Below are positions 18,588 to 25,978 of a DNA stretch of 64,000 bases, in pieces. Source of the stretch: a virus. The position numbers were made by a program, and so were the translations under genes. The stretch spans positions 37,194-101,193 of the IMG/VR virus record IMGVR_UViG_3300032770_000012; one strand, written 5' to 3'. The first letter of the stretch is position 1, and each line of letters opens with the position of its first letter. The notes under the pieces are model-generated. The model was not told where the DNA came from. It did not search any database and saw only the letters and a list, made by a program, of their open reading frames with translations.

Positions 18588-18982
18588 AACTGCCGAAATT
18601 ATACTGCCGGTCCGATGCCGGTCGAGTCTTTATGCTGGATTTGCGATACACCTACAATTTACACATTGAGTGGCGGCGGCATGGGGGGATCTTATTCCAA
18701 TCCGAGAGCCAACTACCATTTACTCCGGCTGCCGCCGTTTTAGTATGGTCTCCATTTTTGCTGCGCATTGAGGAAACCAAAACTATTGGAATCACACCGT
18801 TTATACGCATGCTTGAGGAAACCAAAACTATTGGAATCACACCGTTTATACGCATGCAAGACAGAGGAGAGCCGAATCCGGCAAATTCTGTTCTGTTCAG
18901 AATAGAGGACTTGAAGCACTTCCCGCAAACCGATGAACTGAAGGAATTTGCCATGCGGCTGACGTTGGGGTTGCCGGAATGA
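18584..18982 (+). CDS. Paralogous array protein 4 (15-aa internal duplication)
   Basis: FRIEDLKHFPQTDELKEFAMRLTLG. Confidence 0.75.
   Translation: MKLPKLYCRSDAGRVFMLDLRYTYNLHIEWRRHGGILFQSESQLPFTPAAAVLVWSPFLLRIEETKTIGITPFIRMLEETKTIGITPFIRMQDRGEPNPANSVLFRIEDLKHFPQTDELKEFAMRLTLGLPE
18768..18857. repeat. Perfect 45-bp in-frame tandem duplication
   Basis: ttgaggaaaccaaaactattggaatcacaccgtttatacgcatgc x2. Confidence 0.95.
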
Positions 18983-19245
18983 TATTGTGCCGGGACGCAA
19001 GCGGGGTAATTGTGCGCTTGTTTTCGGAGGAGGGGTTCTATTGGTGGGAGGCAGCATGGCTGGCGGCGGTCTGGTGTTCTCCGGAGGAAGCAATCCCTAT
19101 GGTAGAACAGATCTCTGTTCCGGACGATTGGCGTGGTCTTATGCGGTTTCCTGTCAAACTAGAACACTTAGAAACTTTAGAGCAGACCGACGAACTCAGG
19201 GAGGTCGCCATGCGGATCATGCTCGGGATCGGAGCGCCGGAATGA
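18979..19245 (+). CDS. Paralogous array protein 5
   Basis: VKLEHLETLEQTDELREVAMRIMLG. Confidence 0.75.
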   Translation: MILCRDASGVIVRLFSEEGFYWWEAAWLAAVWCSPEEAIPMVEQISVPDDWRGLMRFPVKLEHLETLEQTDELREVAMRIMLGIGAPE

Positions 19246-19541
19246 TGGATCTGCCGAAGTTATTCACGCGGGGCGGGGCGAACGGACCGTATTGGCAGCT
19301 TCAACGACTGGTACTGGATGCTCCAGACCGGCCCGTCCGCTTCGTCTTTCAATGGGCCAATGTGCAGCACGAATACTTCCGAACTGAAATTCTCAAGGGG
19401 GCCGCTGTTTCCCAAATGCTGATGCAGCGGTTGCCCAATAGGATTCACAACCCGTTCCGGCTGGAAGATCTGAAGGGCTTCCCTCAGACCAACGAAATTC
19501 GGGAATTCGCCATGCGAATTGCGCTCGGTTTGGAACCGTAG
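19242..19541 (+). CDS. Paralogous array protein 6
   Basis: ATG 19242 (ATGA overlap); FRLEDLKGFPQTNEIREFAMRIALG. Confidence 0.75.
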   Translation: MMDLPKLFTRGGANGPYWQLQRLVLDAPDRPVRFVFQWANVQHEYFRTEILKGAAVSQMLMQRLPNRIHNPFRLEDLKGFPQTNEIREFAMRIALGLEP

Positions 19542-19693
19542 CATTCTCGCCCTTTGACGGCCAAAATTCACGCCGATTTGTTGGGCACTTTTGGTCAAAA
19601 CTAGGGTTTCGATGCGTCCAAGGGGCCAGAAACGTGCCGAAAATTTGACTTCTTTGTTCTGGCGATGCTAGGCTTTGCCTAGCACCCAAAAAA

Positions 19694-20275
19694 ATGAATC
19701 TGGCAAAAAGAGAGCGGACGAAACTTGGACGACTTCTCCTCGAAATTCAAGTAAGACAATGGGAAGAGGAAAAGCGCCTGTTCAAAAAGCCCGTCGAATA
19801 TCACGGTCTCAGCGGGACTCCAGAATATAGATCCTGGAGCGCAATGATTTCAAGATGTCTCAACCCTAGAAACGATTCGTTTGACAACTACGGCGGTCGC
19901 GGTATCAAGGTGTGTTATCGATGGAGAGAATCCTTCGTTGCTTTCTACAAGGATATGGGTCCGAAACCAAGGCGCGGCCTGTCAATCGATCGCATTGACA
20001 ACAATGGTAACTACGAGCCCGGAAATTGTCGTTGGGCTGGTACTTTTGAACAATCTCGCAATATGAGGAAGAACATTCTTATTGAGCACGATGGTCGCAC
20101 GCACATCATCAGCGATTGGGCTGTTTTAAGCGGGATACCATTGAGTTTACTGAGCTACCGTCTCAAGCGTGGTTGGTCTTTTGATCGAGCTATTTCTACT
20201 CCGGTAGCCAAGTCTGTTCCGCGCCAGCGCCCTTCGCTTCAGTTGGACCCGGTGTGCGGTCCGATGACCGCTTAA
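19694..20275 (+). CDS. HNH homing endonuclease
   Basis: EYRSWSAMISRC...YGGRGIKVC...SIDRIDNNGNYEPGNCRWA. Confidence 0.9.
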   Translation: MNLAKRERTKLGRLLLEIQVRQWEEEKRLFKKPVEYHGLSGTPEYRSWSAMISRCLNPRNDSFDNYGGRGIKVCYRWRESFVAFYKDMGPKPRRGLSIDRIDNNGNYEPGNCRWAGTFEQSRNMRKNILIEHDGRTHIISDWAVLSGIPLSLLSYRLKRGWSFDRAISTPVAKSVPRQRPSLQLDPVCGPMTA

Positions 20276-20687
20276 CCGAGCCCTTCGTGTCCAGACTGGA
20301 CGGATCGAAGTAATCGGCTAGTTTGGGGGCCTTCTTACGGACCTTCTTGGACAGCATTTCCTCGCGGACTTTCTGGGTTCGTGCGATCATCTGGTCGGGC
20401 GGCAACTCCATGAAGGCTTCCATCAGGTAGTTGACCCGCTCCATGACGTAGACTAGATACTCGACCGACTCGGACAGCCAGCGTAGGCTTTGTTCGGTGC
20501 GGTGGGGTACCAGCACATGGGCGGCGACCTGCTTAACGTATTGCGGATGGCAACCTACAGCCTTAGCGATCTCTTCGTTCTTGACGCCCTTGTCCAGCAT
20601 ATCCCTAATCGCGGCGGCTCTGGACTCGTACTGACCCCATGGCTTCTTGCGGTTCCTGGGTGTTTTTTCTTGCATCCTAGCGGACAT
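20196..20687 (-). CDS. HTH transcription regulator (repressor candidate)
   Basis: AIRDMLDKGVKNEEIAKAVGCHPQYVKQV HTH; lone leftward gene divergent from the recombination operon. Confidence 0.7.
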   Translation of the reverse strand: MSARMQEKTPRNRKKPWGQYESRAAAIRDMLDKGVKNEEIAKAVGCHPQYVKQVAAHVLVPHRTEQSLRWLSESVEYLVYVMERVNYLMEAFMELPPDQMIARTQKVREEMLSKKVRKKAPKLADYFDPSSLDTKGSVKRSSDRTPGPTEAKGAGAEQTWLPE

Positions 20688-20707
20688 TCTACCACGGTTC
20701 ACTATTC

Positions 20708-20740
20708 TTGTTGACAACAATTACAGGATGCAAGTAAAAT
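20708..20740 (+). promoter_or_regulatory. Promoter with palindrome TTGTTG-A-CAACAA over -35 and a GATGCAAG box
   Basis: TTGACA-18 bp-TAAAAT; 28/33 identical to 43802-43834. Confidence 0.75.
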
Positions 20741-20762
20741 GCAGATGGAGACGACGTAACGC

Positions 20763-20966
20763 ATGACCCCTACAAAGAGCGTAATGCTGCGAGCGTTACT
20801 GGCGCAAATCTCTTACCGGCTGGCCGACACCTATCAGATCAGTTCCGGTTTAGGCGGGCGATCAGTGGACATCAACGAACTGGCGAGCACAATCCAGGAA
20901 TCGGCGGAGACGTTCGAGAAAGATAATCGCGGACAGTTTGAATTCAAGGCGGCTCCCCGTGCTTGA
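20763..20966 (+). CDS. Hypothetical protein
   Basis: GGAG RBS; first gene after the promoter. Confidence 0.6.
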   Translation: MTPTKSVMLRALLAQISYRLADTYQISSGLGGRSVDINELASTIQESAETFEKDNRGQFEFKAAPRA

Positions 20967-21268
20967 CGCGCTGGTCCCCATGCCGCCGTCACTCGCCGAT
21001 CCCGATGCGCTTTGTAAGTGCGGCAATCGGGCCGGGGACCATGTTATATCCGGCCATTGCGCATGGTGCGGATGCACCGGATTTGTACCTGCGGAGGCCG
21101 CATGAGCTTGGGCGATAAGATTGTCGATCATCCGAGTTTCGGAATGGTTGGAGCGAGTCATGTTAGCTCTACCGGCACAAAGGCCGAACAGGTCAAGACG
21201 ATTTTCGTAGAGCCTTACATTGCGCATACACGCGCCCTGAAACTAATCGAAAACAAGGAAGCAAAGAC

Positions 21269-22867
21269 ATGCCAGATATAACGGTGCGGCAACCGCAGCA
21301 ACAGATTACCGTGGAGCGGGGAAAAGATATGTTTCCCGACGACGCCGAGCTTTCCAAGATGTGGGACATGGCGCGCGCCTTTTCAACCACGAATCTTGTG
21401 AGGCGGCATCTTCAGAACAATGCGCCTGCGATCTTTTACAGCCTGAACATCGGGAAAGAACTCGGTATCCACTGGAGCCATAGCCTGCGCAGTCTGTACA
21501 TTACAGACAAGGGTGAGGTCGGCGTAGAAGGTAACATCATCGGATCTTTGCTTTGGTCCAAAGGATTCAAGATCACAATCAACGAATCCACCGATAAGCG
21601 CGCCGAAGTAACGATCACGCGGCCCAATGACGGTGGCTCCCATACCGATTCATTCACCATCGAGGAAGCGGCCAAAGCTGGTCTTACACGCCGCTGGAAC
21701 CGGGATAAGCAGGAATACGTTGACGACTTCTCTTGGAAAGCGTACCCCAAGGACAAGCTCTATTGGCGCGCCCTGATGCGAACCGCCCGGCGTGTCGCCG
21801 TCGATGTGATGTACGGACTTTATCTTGACGATGAACTTCGCGAGTCCGAGCGCGCCGAACGTGATGCGGCGCTAGCGTCTGGAAACGGAATGCCGTCCGA
21901 TTCGCAGTCGGAACAACTCGAAGCAGCCAACCAGTATTACGTCGGGAAGAAACAGCCATCCGTGGAAGCCGAAGCCGAGGCCCATATTGTTTCAGCCGAG
22001 CCCGCGCCGCCCGCTGGTTCCAATGCCGAATTTTCGCAAGCCGCCAAGGAACGTGCGGCTGCTAACAAGAAACCGGAAGCGCCTGCTACAACTGCGTCGT
22101 CTCCTGATAGTGGTTCGCAGGCCGCTCCGGTCGATCCGGGGAAGGGTCCTGGCGGGCTAACCGGGACGCAGTCACCTTCCCCGGAATCAGAACCTTCTAA
22201 GCCCGCCGCCGATCAGGGCATGGCTGCGGCTGTGAAGGCCAAGATTTTGGAGTTGACCGACAAATGGCCCACGCTATCGCCCGAAGTCGCTAAGCAGAAA
22301 CTTCAGCAGGCCGTGAAGGGATGGCACGGAGTCAACCGGCTTCCTACCGACCCCAAGGCGTATCTGTCTCCGCTTGCCGCCATTGAGTGCGCCATGAAGT
22401 TCGAAGGCGGCGTGATCGATCAACTACTGAAGCGGGAACCTGCGCAGTTTGGCAAAGCAGCCAAGACCGCTTTCGATCAGGTCAATGCGAAGATGGCCGA
22501 CTGGAAATGGCCGGGTCCGGTGCGGGCGCTGGCACTGGAGGTTTGGTACCTCCGCATGAGCCCGCTGGAGAGCGATGAGTTTATTGATTGGATTCAGAAT
22601 ACCCTTGAGATCTCCGGTCTGCCCGAGAAGGATTTGGCACCGTTCTTTGAGTGCGCCCTGATTTCCCGCCAATGTTTCCGGCTGGTGTTGCTATCGCGCA
22701 AGCTGAATCTGCCCGTCTCGGAGTTAGCAGGATCTTTCTTGCGGGATCAGCCGCATGAGGAGCGCGCTCTTACCAACTGGCTGGACGGTCTGGAAAAGCA
22801 GGACACCATCAAGACCGAGGATGACGCTCCTACCGATTCCCCGCAAGAAGCGCTGCCCTGGGAGTGA
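21269..22867 (+). CDS. RecT/Red-beta-like single-strand annealing protein with long C-terminal extension
   Basis: IGKELGI...SFTIEEAAKAGL...WKAYPKDKLYWRALMRTARRVAVDVMYGLY. Confidence 0.8.
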   Translation: MPDITVRQPQQQITVERGKDMFPDDAELSKMWDMARAFSTTNLVRRHLQNNAPAIFYSLNIGKELGIHWSHSLRSLYITDKGEVGVEGNIIGSLLWSKGFKITINESTDKRAEVTITRPNDGGSHTDSFTIEEAAKAGLTRRWNRDKQEYVDDFSWKAYPKDKLYWRALMRTARRVAVDVMYGLYLDDELRESERAERDAALASGNGMPSDSQSEQLEAANQYYVGKKQPSVEAEAEAHIVSAEPAPPAGSNAEFSQAAKERAAANKKPEAPATTASSPDSGSQAAPVDPGKGPGGLTGTQSPSPESEPSKPAADQGMAAAVKAKILELTDKWPTLSPEVAKQKLQQAVKGWHGVNRLPTDPKAYLSPLAAIECAMKFEGGVIDQLLKREPAQFGKAAKTAFDQVNAKMADWKWPGPVRALALEVWYLRMSPLESDEFIDWIQNTLEISGLPEKDLAPFFECALISRQCFRLVLLSRKLNLPVSELAGSFLRDQPHEERALTNWLDGLEKQDTIKTEDDAPTDSPQEALPWE

Positions 22868-22870
22868 TCG

Positions 22871-23281
22871 GTGCCAATCCTTTGCTCGTCCTTCATCAAG
22901 TACGCATGGGACTCTCGCCCTGGGTCAGGTCATTATACTGCGTTCCAGCTTGAGGCCGTATTCGATCCCAAACGGAGCGTCTGGTTGTGGCAAGAGGTCC
23001 GGGAGCACACACAGACTCAGATCAAAGACCCGGATAAGCTTTCTGCTGTCTGTTCGAGTTTGGGTCCGCTGATCTTGGATGTTCATCCCTTACAGCCGGT
23101 GAAACCCGAGCAGTTAGAGTTTCTTGGCAGCGATGAGGCCCGAGAACTCGCCATGCGTATCCTGATGGGGATCGGACCTAAAACCGAACCGGAGAAAGAT
23201 TGGTGGGATCGTCCAGATCTGGACAGCCGCACGCAGCGGCTGAAGCTGGCGAATCATCCTCGATTCAAGGTGAACGCATGA
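22871..23281 (+). CDS. Paralogous array protein 7 (dispersed copy)
   Basis: VKPEQLEFLGSDEARELAMRILMGIG. Confidence 0.75.
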   Translation: MPILCSSFIKYAWDSRPGSGHYTAFQLEAVFDPKRSVWLWQEVREHTQTQIKDPDKLSAVCSSLGPLILDVHPLQPVKPEQLEFLGSDEARELAMRILMGIGPKTEPEKDWWDRPDLDSRTQRLKLANHPRFKVNA

Positions 23282-23454
23282 AACCGCTGGTCCTTTTGGC
23301 GCTCCTTGCTTTCTCCGCCTGTCCCGGTTCGGTGCCATGTCCGATTGACGGCCTGAGTTCTACCTGGACCGGCAGGAGTCATTACGTCGATGGCGTCATG
23401 ATCGGCGCTTACCGCTGCCCGCGAGGGCACACGTTTGAGGTTGCATGCCCGTGA
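23278..23454 (+). CDS. Small secreted or lipoprotein-like Cys-rich protein
   Basis: ATG 23278: MKPLVLLALLAFSAC signal/lipobox-like; CPID...YRCPRGH. Confidence 0.55.
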   Translation: MKPLVLLALLAFSACPGSVPCPIDGLSSTWTGRSHYVDGVMIGAYRCPRGHTFEVACP

Positions 23455-23642
23455 AGAGGATCATTCGGGACATAGCGCTCGTTATCGCTTCAGTAGAGAT
23501 TTTGGTTTTGGTGTGCTTCAGCATCTTCCCGTCTCCTCTACCGGAATACGCAGTTTTGTCGGTTGGGTTTATCGGCGTGATAGCGGCTATTTTGGCTGGT
23601 AGCGGGAGGCACGAATGACTTTTGAGCAGCGCAGGGGAGACA

Positions 23643-23882
23643 ATGGCTGACACTTTCCCGATGGTCAATGTGTCATCGAGCAACATCCAGGCGGTCGGCT
23701 GGCAGGCCGAACGCGAGGGCGATGATGTCGGCACTCTGCGAGTAGCCTTTCGCAATGGCGCGGTGTTCGATTACTCGGATGTGCCGGGCGTGATTTACCA
23801 ACAACTGCTGGAATCCCCGAGCGTTGGCAGCTACTTTCACGGCAATATCAAATCGCATTACAACAGCACCAAGGTATCCTGA
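23643..23882 (+). CDS. KTSC-domain protein
   Basis: VSSSNIQAVGW...LRVAFRNGAVFDYSDVP...LLESPSVGSYFHGNIK. Confidence 0.92.
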   Translation: MADTFPMVNVSSSNIQAVGWQAEREGDDVGTLRVAFRNGAVFDYSDVPGVIYQQLLESPSVGSYFHGNIKSHYNSTKVS

Positions 23883-24250
23883 TGGCCCGCGATCTACTGT
23901 GCCAGAAATGCGCTCCGTTGGCTATCGAGAGGCGTTCGAAGATCCGCTTTCCGCTAGAAATGCGGTTGTCCTATAGCGCTATCCGAAGACATTCTGGATT
24001 CGGGAAAACAGTTGACGTGTCCAGTGCTGGAATGCTCCTCGAACTGGATGGCTTTGTTCCTGCCGGTACGAAGTTGCACCTCCTGCTAGAATGGCCCTGC
24101 CTGTTGGATTGGAGCGTCCCCATGAGCATGACGGTTGAGACGAGGGTCGTCCGCTGTATCGGGAACCGTGCGGCAGTACGGCTGCTTTCTTATGAGTTCA
24201 AGACTCGCAGGGGCCCGCTCCTCGCGCGAGAGAGAGCGATAGCCTCATGA
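23882..24250 (+). CDS. PilZ-domain (c-di-GMP-binding) protein
   Basis: RxxxR (RSKIR) and DxSxxG (DVSSAG) motifs; RVVR...AVR...YEF tail. Confidence 0.88.
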   Translation: MARDLLCQKCAPLAIERRSKIRFPLEMRLSYSAIRRHSGFGKTVDVSSAGMLLELDGFVPAGTKLHLLLEWPCLLDWSVPMSMTVETRVVRCIGNRAAVRLLSYEFKTRRGPLLARERAIAS

Positions 24251-24867
24251 TCGAATTCGACCCGGTTCGTCACGAGTACTTCTTGGATGACCGCCAGCTT
24301 TCCTCATTAAGCGAAGTGCGCCGGGCGGCTGGACTGGATGAATTCTTCAATATCGACCAGCAGTATCGGGATCGCGGCAATGCGGTTCACTACGCGACAA
24401 CTCTAATCGATCAGGGCGAGTATGATCCCGATACGACGCATCCCGAGGTCCATCGGTTTGCTTCCGGTTATCTGGCGTTCAAGCGCGAGCACCGGTTTGA
24501 GATTGAGGGTTCCGAGGAGATAGTGTGGTGCCCCTCCATGGGGGTTGCCGGGCGGTTGGACCGGCGCATCGTCATGACAGGGGAGCGGATCATCCTGGAT
24601 TTCAAAAGCGGTTCTCTACCGGCGCTGGTCGGCATCCAACTTAACGGCTACAAGTACTTGCTGGCATCCTCGCATTCGATCAAGGCCGATAAAGTGCGCT
24701 GCCTGTTGCTGCCGGGGGATGGCTCTTACCGGCTCGTGAGCCATGTCACGCTGGGAGGAAAGTCCGTCTCGCTCGATGACCCAATGTGGCTCCAGGCTTT
24801 TTTTGCGGCAACCAAATTGTACGGCCTTCGTAAGCAGGCCGGTCTGATCGGGAACGGAGCGCGATGA
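24247..24867 (+). CDS. PD-(D/E)xK Cas4-like phage exonuclease
   Basis: RGNAVH, AGRLDR, ILDFKSG, QLNGY. Confidence 0.88.
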   Translation: MIEFDPVRHEYFLDDRQLSSLSEVRRAAGLDEFFNIDQQYRDRGNAVHYATTLIDQGEYDPDTTHPEVHRFASGYLAFKREHRFEIEGSEEIVWCPSMGVAGRLDRRIVMTGERIILDFKSGSLPALVGIQLNGYKYLLASSHSIKADKVRCLLLPGDGSYRLVSHVTLGGKSVSLDDPMWLQAFFAATKLYGLRKQAGLIGNGAR

Positions 24868-25040
24868 CCTGCCAGCGCTGTGGCTCGACCCGCGTATTGA
24901 ACGTGAGGTTTGAGCATCGGATCGCAGGTAGCTCTCTTGCGCAGCATTGTCTTGACTGCGATACGGTTTACAACGAACGCACCTGGAAGGAAGGAAATCA
25001 GTGGCATCCAGTAAAGAACTCATTGGAACTTTCACCATAG
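24864..25040 (+). CDS. Small Zn-ribbon protein (58 aa)
   Basis: Manual translation MTCQRCGS...HCLDCD; ATGA overlap. Confidence 0.5.
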   Translation: MTCQRCGSTRVLNVRFEHRIAGSSLAQHCLDCDTVYNERTWKEGNQWHPVKNSLELSP

Positions 25041-25747
25041 ACCTGACCAAATCCTCATCGTCCATTACGGTGGACTTGGCGAGCACAGAACTGGCTAGCC
25101 GGGAACTTCAGGTCAATAGCGAGCAGGCGTTTGAAAATGCGGCGGCGCTGGTCGCCGTCTGCGCGAAGCGGGCCGAACAGGTCGCATCATTCTGGGAACA
25201 CGACAGAGATTTGGCGCACCAACTGCACCGCAGCATCACCGGAAAGATCTCCGCCCTACAGGCTCCTTGGATCAAGATTCGGGCCAGCCTTGAGGCCAAG
25301 ATGAAGGCGTGGCGTACCGCCCAGGAGCGCGAGCGCCAGAAGCGCGAGCAGGAGGAGCGCCAGCGTGCCGACGAGGAGCGCCGCAAGGTCGAGGAGCAAG
25401 CCCGAGCGCTCAAGATGGCCGGTGAGTACGGATTGGCTAAACAGGTCGTCCAGGAGGCCGAGACCGCCATTGCGCCGAGTTCGGTCCAGCCGTTTGCGCC
25501 CAAGTCTGAATCGGTCACCGAAAAGTGGCCCTGGATCGGCGAAGTCAACGATCTCATGGCGCTCATCAAGGCGATTGCCGAGGGCACGGTTCCGTTAGAA
25601 TATGAAATCAAGGGCGAGATGCGACCCCTGCTCAACGTCGATCAGAATGTGTTGAACCATCTGGCGCGGACCAGACAGGGCGATTTCTCTATCCCTGGAT
25701 GCAGCGCCAAGCAGGATCTTAGATTCTCCCGAAAGGCCGGAGTATGA
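25001..25747 (+). CDS. Coiled-coil protein of the recombination module
   Basis: Long E/R/Q-rich helix; C-terminal VDQNVLNHLAR...SIPGC. Confidence 0.75.
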   Translation: MASSKELIGTFTIDLTKSSSSITVDLASTELASRELQVNSEQAFENAAALVAVCAKRAEQVASFWEHDRDLAHQLHRSITGKISALQAPWIKIRASLEAKMKAWRTAQERERQKREQEERQRADEERRKVEEQARALKMAGEYGLAKQVVQEAETAIAPSSVQPFAPKSESVTEKWPWIGEVNDLMALIKAIAEGTVPLEYEIKGEMRPLLNVDQNVLNHLARTRQGDFSIPGCSAKQDLRFSRKAGV

Positions 25748-25935
25748 GCGAGCCAACATACAGGGACCTCTTTGACAAATACGGCAGTGAAGCGGCCATG
25801 GTTGACGCGTACTTGGATCACAGGATGACCGACGAAGAAGAAACGAGTGTACGTTTGCGTATGGGCACAGCATTCAACACGGCGGTTCTTCGTGCCGTTT
25901 GTGATCGATTGACCGCAAGCAAGGCCGATGCCTAG
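25744..25935 (+). CDS. Hypothetical protein
   Basis: ATGA overlap; 63 aa. Confidence 0.55.
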   Translation: MSEPTYRDLFDKYGSEAAMVDAYLDHRMTDEEETSVRLRMGTAFNTAVLRAVCDRLTASKADA

Positions 25936-25978
25936 TCTTAGTCGGTCGAGTCCATTCCGTTTGTCTCCTCGGTAGACT

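Noticed and set aside
24247-24867. Cas4 as part of a CRISPR adaptation module
   Set aside because: No cas1/cas2 and no Fe-S cysteine set; the RecT context indicates a phage recombination exonuclease.
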